64,000 bases of DNA from Actinomycetota bacterium (GTDB lineage Bacteria > Actinomycetota > CADDZG01 > JAHWKV01). Positions 26,061 to 35,138 of the stretch are shown one piece after another; positions within the stretch are counted from its first letter, which is position 1, and each line of letters begins with the position of its first letter. The position numbers were made by a program, and so were the translations under genes. The stretch is taken from NCBI GenBank assembly GCA_030447305.1, contig JAUJPC010000001.1, positions 531,739 to 595,738 on the forward strand, written 5' to 3'. The notes under the pieces are model-generated. The model searched no databases. It was not told the DNA's origin and was given only the letters and a program-made list of their open reading frames with translations.

Positions 26061-27566
26061 CTAACCCCCAGTGGTCCGAAGCTTGGTTGTGAGCAATAGA
26101 CGGGCAGAATCTAGTGTTGCCTGGAGAGCGCCCGAGGTATCGATAGTTTCCGCATCGGGCCATGGGTCAAACTCCTCGGCCATTGTTTGAGCGGTTGTGG
26201 CTGTCGCATCGGATGGATCACCCCCCTTCCGTGCCCGCTTCGCAATCCGGTCGGTAGCCACATCGAAGCGCGCCTCGCAGCGAAGGACAACGAATTCGGA
26301 AACACACTGTTGAGCGAAATCCCATGCCATCCGGCGCCACCGAGCCTTGGACCACGATGCATCGAGAATCACCGAGAAGCCGTCCTGGAGGAGGACCCTG
26401 GCTCTTTCCAGCAGGGTCCGGTAGGTAGCGGCGGTCATCTCGTCGCTATATATCCCCTGCCGGTAGCCGCCGGCTTCGGGAGCCGGTGACGGCACCCCGG
26501 CAATCTGCTTTCGGACCTCGTCAGTCCGTAGCACCGTCCAGCCGTGGTCTTCGGCAATATGGCGGGCCACGGTCGACTTACCGGTCCCGGGCAGGCCGCC
26601 GACCAGAACCAGCACGACTTTGGCTACCTCCAGATGCCGGAGCGCGATCTCAAGCAAATTGGTCGCTTCTTCGAGTGCCTGCGGATCACCCTGTTCGTGG
26701 CGCAGGCTCGCCACCTTTGCGCGCACGTGAGCCCGGTAGGCGATGTAGTGATGAGCCAAGGAGTCCGGATGGACCTCGCCGGATGCCTGCCGATAGGCCT
26801 GAAGAAACCGACTACCCAGGTCCTTACCACCGATGCGCTCCAGGTCCATGGACAGAAAGCAGGCTTCATCCAGAACGTCGACATAGCGCAGGCGGTCGTC
26901 GAACTCCAGGCAATCGAGGATGCGGGGACCATCGTCCAGGCAGAAGATGTCGTCAGCAAGGAGGTCGCCGTGGCCGTCCCGGATCCTCCCTTCGGCAATC
27001 CGCCTGTCGAACAGTGGCTTGCGACCAGCCAGGTAGTCTCGTGCCAGATCGGCGATGCGCTCGGGGAGCGACGGGTCGGCCAGCTGGGATGCGAATTGCT
27101 CCATCTGGGCAATGTTCGCCTCCCACCGGCCGAGTAGCGCGTCGCGGGACCCTTCGGCGTCGATCTCCGGTCCGGTAGCCGCCGTCCGGTGGAAGCGAGC
27201 GATCGTCTCGGCCACCGCCTCGAGGCAGGTGCGGCACCCGCCGTCGCGGGCGAGCCTGGCCAGCCGGCGTTCCGGCGGCATGCGCCGCATCACGACCAGC
27301 GAATCGCACGGTTCGCCGTCCGGTCCCAGGATGCCGGCCACGCCGAGGTAAACGTCCGGCGCCAGGCGGCGATTCAACTCCACCTCCCGCTCACATGCCT
27401 GCCGGCGCCACTCCGCCGAGGAAAAGTCCAGAAATGAAGTCCGGGTGTCCTTTTTCAGCTTGTAAGCGCGGTCGCCGGCAAATATCAGAAGCGAGACGTG
27501 GGTTTCGGCCAGGACGGGGTCGAGCCCGCCCCCGGGGGCGGGCTCGGGGGACCAACGGTTAGTCAT
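26061..27566 (-). CDS. bifunctional APH-like phosphotransferase / P-loop (AAA_33-like) kinase-domain protein
   Basis: 501 aa. The N-terminal half has the 'IRDGHGDLLADDIF' APH/Brenner motif. The C-terminal half has the P-loop 'VGGLPGTGKSTVA'. Confidence 0.8.
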   Translation of the reverse strand: MTNRWSPEPAPGGGLDPVLAETHVSLLIFAGDRAYKLKKDTRTSFLDFSSAEWRRQACEREVELNRRLAPDVYLGVAGILGPDGEPCDSLVVMRRMPPERRLARLARDGGCRTCLEAVAETIARFHRTAATGPEIDAEGSRDALLGRWEANIAQMEQFASQLADPSLPERIADLARDYLAGRKPLFDRRIAEGRIRDGHGDLLADDIFCLDDGPRILDCLEFDDRLRYVDVLDEACFLSMDLERIGGKDLGSRFLQAYRQASGEVHPDSLAHHYIAYRAHVRAKVASLRHEQGDPQALEEATNLLEIALRHLEVAKVVLVLVGGLPGTGKSTVARHIAEDHGWTVLRTDEVRKQIAGVPSPAPEAGGYRQGIYSDEMTAATYRTLLERARVLLQDGFSVILDASWSKARWRRMAWDFAQQCVSEFVVLRCEARFDVATDRIAKRARKGGDPSDATATTAQTMAEEFDPWPDAETIDTSGALQATLDSARLLLTTKLRTTGG

Positions 27567-27680
27567 TCCGCTCCCTGCAAGGGCCTAGCCTGCTTTGTGA
27601 CGAGCGCCGGGGCAACCCGCCGCCGGCATGAGTTACTGCCAAAGCGCGGAGCCCCGGGCGGGTCCAGCGACGTTCAGCTT

Positions 27681-28058
27681 TTAGCCCTCGGCTTGCGCAC
27701 TTTTTCTTTCGGTCTGCCAGGGCCACCGTCCGGAGATCTCCATCTCCAGGGTGAAACTCAGAAATGTCCTTATCGCCACGATAGCCGCCAGCACCCCAAC
27801 GGATCTGAACGAAGGAGATATCGCCACCGTACGAATGATGTCTCCGGCGACGAGGAGCTCGAGGCCTAACAGGATGGATCTACCGGCTGAGACTCTTGCC
27901 TGACGGTAGAGAACCTGAGGGTCCTGCCTCCGCCTTCCTGCCAGCCTAAAGAGGTACAGGAGCAGAGCGACGGTAAGGCCGATGACCATGACGGCCACTC
28001 CCAGCCCGTCTATTGCTAGGCCGACGCTGCCAACCGTCTCCTCGAAGTCCATGGACAC
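27681..28058 (-). CDS. DUF1622-like membrane protein
   Basis: 'RSILLGLELLVAGDIIRTVA' plus flanking TM helices; 125 aa. Confidence 0.75.
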   Translation of the reverse strand: MSMDFEETVGSVGLAIDGLGVAVMVIGLTVALLLYLFRLAGRRRQDPQVLYRQARVSAGRSILLGLELLVAGDIIRTVAISPSFRSVGVLAAIVAIRTFLSFTLEMEISGRWPWQTERKSAQAEG

Positions 28059-28120
28059 CCCGCTCTCCGCTGTGGTCCAGTCAGTTCACTATAGGGGAGC
28101 CGTCTGCGGGGGCGGGTGAC

Positions 28121-28615
28121 TCACTTCGTCGTACTGCCGACCATTCCGAGCGCCCGTTCGGCAGCCTGAGCCCGGTGCTTATCAAGCTCCTCCATCTGTT
28201 GTTCCGCCCGCCGGGCGATGCTGCGGGTTTGCAAGCCTCGAACCTCGGTGAAGCCGACACGGCACAGGGTGTCCCAGAACATCCGCTTGGCCTCCAGCGC
28301 GACACCAACGCCTTCAATCTCGACCAGCCGGGTCAAGTCGGAGTAAGCGGTGATCTCTCCGTTCAGCTTCAGCCGGCCTACCCGTTCGGCAATCCATGCT
28401 CCTGCGGTCTTGGTCCGGTTTTCGGTTACGTCCTGCTTGGCCATCAAGGCCTCGAGTGCCTTTCGTTCCTGCTTGTTGGACTCCCCAACGGTCTCAAGGA
28501 ACTGACCGAACTCGGATCCTCTGTTGCTCTCGAGCGATCGGTTTACTAACTCCTGCGTGCCGACCAACAGCGCCAAATGATCGTTCAGGTAGATACTGAG
28601 ATACTTGTTCGCCAC
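28121..28615 (-). CDS. hypothetical helical protein
   Basis: 164-aa ORF with a clean ATG. The N-terminal 'YLNDHLALLVG' motif has no confident family assignment. Confidence 0.55.
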   Translation of the reverse strand: MANKYLSIYLNDHLALLVGTQELVNRSLESNRGSEFGQFLETVGESNKQERKALEALMAKQDVTENRTKTAGAWIAERVGRLKLNGEITAYSDLTRLVEIEGVGVALEAKRMFWDTLCRVGFTEVRGLQTRSIARRAEQQMEELDKHRAQAAERALGMVGSTTK

Positions 28616-28663
28616 GGCGTCCTCTCTTTCTCCCCCCGAAAGGTCTACCCAGGCCGGCTGGCC

Positions 28664-28709
28664 GCTAGACGGACCGGTTTAACAAAGCTAGACGGACCGG
28701 TTTAACAAA
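28664..28709. repeat. perfect 23-bp tandem direct repeat x2 in a divergent promoter region
   Basis: GCTAGACGGACCGGTTTAACAAA (28664-28686) is repeated exactly at 28687-28709. Each unit contains the palindrome ACCGGT. Confidence 0.95.
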
Positions 28710-28734
28710 GTAAGCGGGCAGCCAAGATCTAAGG

Positions 28735-30015
28735 ATGCACTTCTGCGGTAGACGGACGGGGCGGTGGAGACGGAGCGTTACGGCTGCTGCAGTGGCCCTG
28801 GTCGTTGCAGTGCTTGGCTCCTGCGCCGACCCAGGCGAGGAGAAATCAGGACAAAGCGGGCCCCGCGAAGGCACGACCGCCGCTTCGCCGTCGGGTCCCC
28901 AGTTGCCCGATGCCGGTTCCGCCGCAGACTTCTACAACCTTCCGCCGGAGATCCCCGCGGGCGATCCCGGTCGCCTGATCAAGGTTCAGACCCTGGAGAT
29001 GCCGGAGGGCGTTCGGGGCTGGAGGGTTCTCTACCACTCCACGTCGGTGGACGGGCGCGATATCGCGGTCTCCGGTCTGGTCTACGCTCCCGATTCCTCG
29101 GTGGATCCCGGCTCCCGACCGGTCGTGTCCTGGGGACACGGATCCGTGGGACTGGGTGACGTGTGCGCCCCGTCACGCTCACCCCGCGCCCTGCTAACCC
29201 AATCGATCTTTGCGGAACTGCTGGATGAGGGCTTTGTGGTGGTTGCTACGGATTATGAAGGACTGGGAACGCCAGGCGTGCACCCATGGCTGGTTGGTCT
29301 CAGTGAGGGCAGGGGAATGCTGGACATCGTTCGAGCCGCCGGCCAGATTCCCGGCAGCGGGGCCGGGAACCGTCTGGTGGCGTTCGGTGCCTCGCAGGGT
29401 GGTGGAGCGGCGCTGTTTGCCGGAGAGCTGGTCTCTACATATGCCAAGAACCTGGAGCTGCTGGGCGTTGTTGCCGCCGCTCCCGCCGCAGAGCTGGATC
29501 TGTTGGCGCTACTGCCCGAACAAAACCTTGCCGGCATCGCGGGCTTCGTCGTGATGGGAACTTTGGGTTTCGCAGCTGCGTATCCGCAGCTCCCGCTGGA
29601 TGCCGTCCTTCAGCCCGAGGTCATTTCCCAGCGGGAGGAGGTGGAGCGCCTGTGCCAGGGTGAGATCGATCGGCGGTTCCGCAACTTCCCGCTGCAGCGC
29701 ATCCTTAAAGCGTCGCCCGGCACCGTGGACCAATGGACGGACGTGATCACGGAGAACACGCCCGGTCGCCAAAGCACTCCCGCCCCCGTTCTTGTCGTTC
29801 ACGGCAACCGGGACCGGGTGGTGCCGGTTGAGATAAGCGAGCTGTTGTTCCAACGTTTATGCCGTTTACAGGTAGCGGCCGAAAAGCAGGTCTACGACGG
29901 AGTCGACCACGTTGGGGTGATCGGAGCCTCCAGCGAAGATGTCCTGGGCTGGATCATCGACCGGGAGCAGGGCCGCGCGCCAGGTGAGAGACCCGGGGTC
30001 GCCCGATGCGCTTGA
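28735..30015 (+). CDS. secretory-lipase (LIP) family lipoprotein
   Basis: Lipobox 'VAVLGSC'. 'VVSWGHGSVGLGDVCAPS', 'ATDYEGLGTPG' and the nucleophile 'GASQGGGAA'. Confidence 0.8.
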   Translation: MHFCGRRTGRWRRSVTAAAVALVVAVLGSCADPGEEKSGQSGPREGTTAASPSGPQLPDAGSAADFYNLPPEIPAGDPGRLIKVQTLEMPEGVRGWRVLYHSTSVDGRDIAVSGLVYAPDSSVDPGSRPVVSWGHGSVGLGDVCAPSRSPRALLTQSIFAELLDEGFVVVATDYEGLGTPGVHPWLVGLSEGRGMLDIVRAAGQIPGSGAGNRLVAFGASQGGGAALFAGELVSTYAKNLELLGVVAAAPAAELDLLALLPEQNLAGIAGFVVMGTLGFAAAYPQLPLDAVLQPEVISQREEVERLCQGEIDRRFRNFPLQRILKASPGTVDQWTDVITENTPGRQSTPAPVLVVHGNRDRVVPVEISELLFQRLCRLQVAAEKQVYDGVDHVGVIGASSEDVLGWIIDREQGRAPGERPGVARCA

Positions 30016-30062
30016 CCCCGAAGTGGGATACCGGCTCACCTCGAGGGGCGCTTTGGCCGACG

Positions 30063-31115
30063 TCAGGCCGGGTATACCTGAATTTCCGTCGCCTTGATGG
30101 ACACCCAGACCGGCCCTGCAGCTACCAGGTCAAGCTCCTTGAGGGCCTGCGTTGTTACCTCGGCCACCATCCTGACCGGGCCATCTACAGTTACCCGGGT
30201 CCGGTCTCCCTCAAGGTCGATACCGGCTACCGCACCCTCCCACACGTTTCTCGGCGACCCCTCCGGGCGACCCCTGTGCAGAGCGACAGCTCGAGGGTGG
30301 ATGGCGGCAAAGACATCGCCCTCAAAGCCGGAGGGCACGACCAGCAACCCGCCGCCCTCCACCACGATCTGACCGTTCGACCCCCTGCCTCGAATGAGAT
30401 TAAGCCCGACCAACTCAGCCACGTAAGGTGAGCGGGGGTGCTGAGCTACCTCCGCGGAGGTGCCGTCCTGAATTACACGGCCGCCTTCCAGAACGATCAG
30501 ACGGTCGGCCAGGGCCGCTGCCTCGAGGGGATTATGGGTGACCATCAGGGTGGTCCCCTGAAAGGATCTCAGGTGATTGCTCAGCTCCCGCCGGACCTCC
30601 AGCTTTGTTCCGGCATCAAGAGCGGACAGCGGTTCGTCGAGCAGTAGCAGCCGTGGATTCGGGGCCAGCGCCCGGGCCAGCGCCACCCTTTGGGCCTGGC
30701 CTCCGGACAGGGCTCCCGGCTTTGCGTTTGCATGAGTCTCCAGCCCCATCGCCCTCAGCCAGTCCGGAGCGGCGGCGCGAGCACCCGACCGCGACATGCC
30801 CCGCGCCTTCAACCCGAAGGCAACGTTCTCCACGACGGTGAGGTGGGGGAACAGCAGGTAGTCCTGAAAGACGAAGCCGGTGGATCGTTCGGCCGGAGCC
30901 CGCCGGATCTGGCGGGCGGGATCCTCGAGGACCTCGCCGTCCAGGGTCACCCGGCCCCGCTCGATCGCCAGCAACCCGGCGAGTGCCCGCAGCAGCGTGG
31001 TCTTGCCGGAGCCGTTCGGCCCGAGCACGGCCAGGACCTCCCCGGAATGAACCTCGATCTGGACCTTCAGCTCAAGGTCGCCGAGGCGCAGCCCCACGCT
31101 TGCCTTGAGGCTCAC
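30063..31115 (-). CDS. modC: molybdate ABC transporter ATP-binding protein with a C-terminal TOBE domain
   Basis: Walker A 'GPNGSGKTT', 'LSGGQAQRVALARA' and 'LLLDEP', plus a C-terminal TOBE-like beta domain. It lies in an operon with modA and modB. Confidence 0.85.
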   Translation of the reverse strand: MSLKASVGLRLGDLELKVQIEVHSGEVLAVLGPNGSGKTTLLRALAGLLAIERGRVTLDGEVLEDPARQIRRAPAERSTGFVFQDYLLFPHLTVVENVAFGLKARGMSRSGARAAAPDWLRAMGLETHANAKPGALSGGQAQRVALARALAPNPRLLLLDEPLSALDAGTKLEVRRELSNHLRSFQGTTLMVTHNPLEAAALADRLIVLEGGRVIQDGTSAEVAQHPRSPYVAELVGLNLIRGRGSNGQIVVEGGGLLVVPSGFEGDVFAAIHPRAVALHRGRPEGSPRNVWEGAVAGIDLEGDRTRVTVDGPVRMVAEVTTQALKELDLVAAGPVWVSIKATEIQVYPA

Positions 31116-31978
31116 AGGTTAGGCATGAAGCGTTCCCGGAGCAGGACCAGAATGGTCAACGACACCGCCAGCAGAACAACGCTGAGGGTGATAGCGGCCT
31201 CCAGCCGGGTCTCCAAAGCCAGGTAGACCGCCAAAGGGATGGTCTGGGTTCTGCCCGGCAGGTTGCCCGCGAAGGTGATGGTCGCACCGAACTCGCCCAG
31301 TGCCCGAGCCCACGCCAGCGCTGCGCCCGCCCACAGGCTCGGGGCGATGAGCGGCAGCGTGACCCGCCGGAATGTGACCCATGGCCTGGCTCCCAGTGTT
31401 GCGGCGGCATCCTCGAACCGCCTGTTCATCGACCGCAGTCCTGCCTCCACCGTGATCACCAGGAAGGGCATCGCGACGAAGGTCTCCGCCAGAATGGCGC
31501 CTGCCATGGTGAACGGGAGCGTGACGCCGAACGCCTGGTCGAGCCACCGCCCGGCGAATCCCCGCCGGCCGAAGGCCAGGAGCAGGGCAACTCCACCGAC
31601 CACCGGCGGCACGATCATCGGCAGGGTGGTGAGGGCCCTGACCAGCGATCGCCCGGGAAACGTCCAGCGAGCCAGGGCCCACGCAAGGGGGACTCCGAAA
31701 ACTACTGAAATACCGGTCGCGGCCAGCGAGCAGACCAGGGAAAGCCATAGGGCGCTCCGAACCGGCGGGGAAGCCAGCTCGGTACTCAGCTCCCCCCAGG
31801 GAGTCCTGAGCAGCAGCCCCAGCAGGGGAAGCAGAAAGAACGCGACCGCCACGCCGACTGCCAGCTTCACCATTGCGGTGGACGCCTTCTCCAGTGCTGC
31901 CGAACTGCCTCCGCCGGTTCTTGCGGCCTCCTCCGGGGGAGGCTGGGGGCTGTGCAGGCTAGGGGGCGATAAAGCCAT
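31112..31978 (-). CDS. modB: molybdate ABC transporter permease
   Basis: BPD_transp_1 EAA loop 'FEDAAATLGARPWVTFRRVTLPL'. The start is ATG 31978 (alternative 31873); the longer track ORF would overlap modA extensively. Confidence 0.85.
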   Translation of the reverse strand: MALSPPSLHSPQPPPEEAARTGGGSSAALEKASTAMVKLAVGVAVAFFLLPLLGLLLRTPWGELSTELASPPVRSALWLSLVCSLAATGISVVFGVPLAWALARWTFPGRSLVRALTTLPMIVPPVVGGVALLLAFGRRGFAGRWLDQAFGVTLPFTMAGAILAETFVAMPFLVITVEAGLRSMNRRFEDAAATLGARPWVTFRRVTLPLIAPSLWAGAALAWARALGEFGATITFAGNLPGRTQTIPLAVYLALETRLEAAITLSVVLLAVSLTILVLLRERFMPNL

Positions 31979-32750
31979 GGTCTGTAAGCACCTCCCGGCC
32001 TTGTGGCGACAGGACCAGGTCCATGAAGGCGCGGGCAACCTGAGGATTGGACGCGCTCTTTATCACTCCCATGGGGTACTCGGCCAGAACGTTCTGGTTA
32101 TCGGGTATGGGAACGCCCGCCGCCCTGTCCCCCGCAGCCTTGACGTCGCTGGCGTAGACGATTCCCGCATCGGCCTCGCCCAGCGTGACCGGCCCGACCA
32201 CGCCCTTTACGTCGACCGCTTCGGAGACTGGCCTCACTGTTACTTCCGCCTTGGCGAGAGCCTCGCGGGAGTACCTGCCGACCGGCACCTGAGCGGCGGC
32301 AAGGACCACCTTCACGTCCGTCCTGGCGAGGTCGCTCAAGCCTGTGATTCCCTCCGGGTTGCCGGGGGCCACGACTATCTCGAGGCGGTTGCGGATGAAC
32401 ACCCGGGGAGCCTGTTGGAGCAGGTCCTCATCGGCGACCTTCTTCATGTTCACCTGATCGGCTGATGCGAAAAGGTCTGCCCCGCCCTGCTCGATGATTT
32501 GCGTGGCCAGTCCGCTGGAGGCTCCGAAGTTGAATGAGATGTCGGCGGATGGATTGCCGGCTCTGAAGAGCTCGGCGATCTCATTGAACGGCTCGGTGAG
32601 GGATGCCGCGGCGAATACCGTCGCACTGCCGGACAGCTCATTTTCAGGGTGAGCGGAGCTTCGGTCGTCTGCCGGGTCACCGGTGGTTGCGCAGCCCACG
32701 GCCAACAGTGAAAGGGCGAGGAGCGCAGCTGAGATATTCTGTTTGTTCAT
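31959..32750 (-). CDS. modA: molybdate-binding periplasmic lipoprotein
   Basis: Lipobox 'LLAVGCA'. 'TVFAAASLTEPFNEI' and 'FNFGASSGLATQI' are ModA-type motifs. Confidence 0.85.
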   Translation of the reverse strand: MNKQNISAALLALSLLAVGCATTGDPADDRSSAHPENELSGSATVFAAASLTEPFNEIAELFRAGNPSADISFNFGASSGLATQIIEQGGADLFASADQVNMKKVADEDLLQQAPRVFIRNRLEIVVAPGNPEGITGLSDLARTDVKVVLAAAQVPVGRYSREALAKAEVTVRPVSEAVDVKGVVGPVTLGEADAGIVYASDVKAAGDRAAGVPIPDNQNVLAEYPMGVIKSASNPQVARAFMDLVLSPQGREVLTDHGFIAP

Positions 32751-32756
32751 TTCGTT

Positions 32757-33158
32757 TCAGGGCTCACGCGGCAGCTCGATAACCACGTTCGTGGATTTCA
32801 CCGCCGCAACGGCCAGCATTCCGGGCTCCAGCTTCAGCTCGTCCGCCGCTTCCCGGGTCATCAGCGAAACCAGACGATGAGGACCCGCCTGGAGCTCGAC
32901 GTGGGCGGCGACCCCGTCCTTCAGCACCTTGGTGATGATTCCGGGGAAGTGGTTCCGGGCCGATTCGGCGTTGATGTTCTTGAGCTCGGCGGATCCCGCC
33001 ATGCTGGTCACAAAGGCCGCTAGGTCTGCGCCGTCGACCATCCGATGGCCGCTTTCCAACCGGGTGGTGGGGAGCCGGCCGCTGTCCGCCCAGCGCCGGA
33101 CCGTGTCGACGCTGACGCTCAACAACTCTGCGACATGCCCCATCCGATAAGAAGACAT
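32757..33158 (-). CDS. MerR/excisionase-type HTH plus TOBE (Mop) domain regulator (ModE-like)
   Basis: 'MGHVAELLSVSVDTVRRWADSGRL' HTH, then 'NHFPGIITKVLKDGVAAHVELQAGPHRLVSLMTREAADELKLEPGMLAVAAVKSTNVVI' TOBE fold. It lies directly upstream of modABC. Confidence 0.75.
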   Translation of the reverse strand: MSSYRMGHVAELLSVSVDTVRRWADSGRLPTTRLESGHRMVDGADLAAFVTSMAGSAELKNINAESARNHFPGIITKVLKDGVAAHVELQAGPHRLVSLMTREAADELKLEPGMLAVAAVKSTNVVIELPREP

Positions 33159-33281
33159 ACGGAGATTATCAATCCATCCCTCTCGCAATTGCAAGCTCAA
33201 TCGCTATACGGATTCGCAATTGCGTTCTCCACTGCCGTTGTAGCCTTGCTTATGCATGATGACTCCTTTCGCGAGGCGCGA

Positions 33282-33310
33282 GAAAGCCCACCACTTGTTG
33301 GTGGGCTTTC
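33282..33310 (-). terminator. 12-bp stem hairpin downstream of hsp20
   Basis: GAAAGCCCACCA-cttgt-TGGTGGGCTTTC, about 40 nt past the hsp20 stop. There is no clear U-tail. Confidence 0.45.
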
Positions 33311-33349
33311 GTCCTTGCTGTTACCGGCCCGAGACCGGGGCTTTAGACT

Positions 33350-33904
33350 CTACGCTCCCTCGGTGCCGGAGGGGCCCGCCTCTCCCTCGGCGCCGGCGCC
33401 TGCTTTTGGGGAGCCTGCTGCCTGCGCTTCGATAGTCTGCTGGCCCCCGCCCTCGTCCAGCTCCACCGGGATCCTCTTTGCCGGTGCGATCTGGGCTGCA
33501 CCCGGTACGACTACCTCCAGGACGCCGTGCTTATGGGCGGCCTTGATGTCGTCGATGTTGACACCGTCGGGCAGGGGGATGCTGCGCTCGAAAGCGCCGT
33601 AGCTCGTCTCCATCCGGAAGTAGTTGGCGCCCTCATCACGCTGCTCGAACTGGCGCTGGCCACGGATGCGAAGGACACCGTCGGTTACGGTGATGTCGAT
33701 GTCCTTGGCGGGGTCCACTCCCGGAAGCTCGGCTCGGATCACAAGGTCGGAGTCCCGGCTAAATACATCGACCGCCGGAGTCCACGCCTTGGATGCCTGC
33801 TCGGCGCCGACACCGCCTCGGAAGACACCCTTCATCAGTTGATCCATCTGACTTTCCAGATCGGTCAGAGCCGACCACGGGTTGTACCTGCTCAAAAGAG
33901 CCAT
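33350..33904 (-). CDS. Hsp20/alpha-crystallin family small heat-shock protein
   Basis: 'WTPAVDVFSRDSDLVIRAELPGVDPKDIDITV..GVLRIRGQR' and 'GAFERSIPLPDGV..DDIKAAHKHGVLEVVVP' (ACD domain), plus a Gly/Ala/Glu-rich tail. Confidence 0.9.
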   Translation of the reverse strand: MALLSRYNPWSALTDLESQMDQLMKGVFRGGVGAEQASKAWTPAVDVFSRDSDLVIRAELPGVDPAKDIDITVTDGVLRIRGQRQFEQRDEGANYFRMETSYGAFERSIPLPDGVNIDDIKAAHKHGVLEVVVPGAAQIAPAKRIPVELDEGGGQQTIEAQAAGSPKAGAGAEGEAGPSGTEGA

Positions 33905-34302
33905 ATGTATTTCACCTCCGTTCTTCCTGTTCCACCGTTAGGACTGCCAGATGCACGGCTACGGGCATACAACGCATTCGGAATCCCGACAGAATCCTGC
34001 TCAGCGGTTTGCGGCTGCGCTTCCTCGAGCATGTTGGCGACCGCCAGGTCGTCGGTGGGAGTCCACCGCAGTGCAGGGGGAACGTTGGCCTGAGACTGCA
34101 CCGCGCTGCTGGCCGTCGCCTCGAGCAGCCTCACGTACTCGATTCTCGGCAAGCGATAGAAGCTTCCCACCCGCCGGGCGCCCCTCGCCTGGTGGGCACC
34201 GAGCCGGCGAGCCCACTCCCGACCGATAAGAACCGAGCCGTCTAGCCTGTGCCGAACGCTGCCGCTATCCGCAATCGTCGTCTCCATGATCGTCGTCTCC
34301 AT
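33892..34302 (-). CDS. hypothetical protein upstream of and overlapping hsp20
   Basis: SD GAGGAGGTG 6 nt before ATG 34302. The N-terminus 'METTIMETTI' is encoded by a 15-bp tandem duplication. No family was recognised. Confidence 0.5.
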   Translation of the reverse strand: METTIMETTIADSGSVRHRLDGSVLIGREWARRLGAHQARGARRVGSFYRLPRIEYVRLLEATASSAVQSQANVPPALRWTPTDDLAVANMLEEAQPQTAEQDSVGIPNALYARSRASGSPNGGTGRTEVKYIWLF

Positions 34303-34620
34303 GTTCGACACCTCCTCAATCCTGGAGTCCCTACTTCTGACTTCTGTACTAATTAACTTACTACCAAGGTACTTTATTTCGAGGTTACGCTTCTCCCGAT
34401 GAATTTTTGTCGACCTCCAGAGCTGAAGTGCCTGTGCTGGTAACGGCCGTGTGGTTGGCGGAGGCGCGGGCGTCCGCCAGCTAGTCACGGCAGGTACGGT
34501 AACGTCGAGGAGTGTTGTGAGCCTTGATCTCCCTGGCCGTGCGCCAGATCGAAAAGCGTAAACAGGCCCGGGCGGGGGCACAGCCGGCGGCCGCCGGCTG
34601 TGCCCCCGCAAAGGTCCGAG

Positions 34621-35088
34621 ATGGGATCGCTGAAGGACCGCATCCGGGAGGACCTGACGGCAGCGATGCGGGTCCGGGACGAGGTTGCCAAGTCGACGCT
34701 CCGCAGCGTCCTGACCGCCATCACCAAGGCCGAGGTGGCCGGCAAGCAACAATCGACTCTTACCGACGGCCAGGTGATTGGCGTCATCCGCTCCGAGCTG
34801 GGCAAGCGGAAGGAGGCGGGCGAAATCTATGCCGGCGCCGGCCGGGACGAGCTGGCGGCTCGGGAGGGGGCGGAGGCCGATATTCTCGCGCCGTATTTAC
34901 CCCCCGAGATCAGCGACGAGGCGCTGGGATCTATCGTCGCCGAGGAGCTGGCGAACGCCCGTCAAGCCGGCGTCGAGGGCCCGAGAGCGATGGGCGCGGT
35001 GATCAAGGCGGTGCGCGAGAGGGTGGGGGCCCAGGCCGAGGGATCCCGCATCGCGCAGGCGGTCAAGGCCGCCCTGGCGGGCAGTTAG
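34621..35088 (+). CDS. GatB/YqeY domain-containing protein
   Basis: 'MGSLKDRIREDLTAAMRVRDEVAKSTLRSVLTAI...' is the typical YqeY N-terminus; about 155 aa. Confidence 0.85.
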   Translation: MGSLKDRIREDLTAAMRVRDEVAKSTLRSVLTAITKAEVAGKQQSTLTDGQVIGVIRSELGKRKEAGEIYAGAGRDELAAREGAEADILAPYLPPEISDEALGSIVAEELANARQAGVEGPRAMGAVIKAVRERVGAQAEGSRIAQAVKAALAGS

Positions 35089-35138
35089 GGCGCAGGTCCC
35101 GTCCAGGCAGACAGCCGGCGACAGCGGCGTCCCCTACC

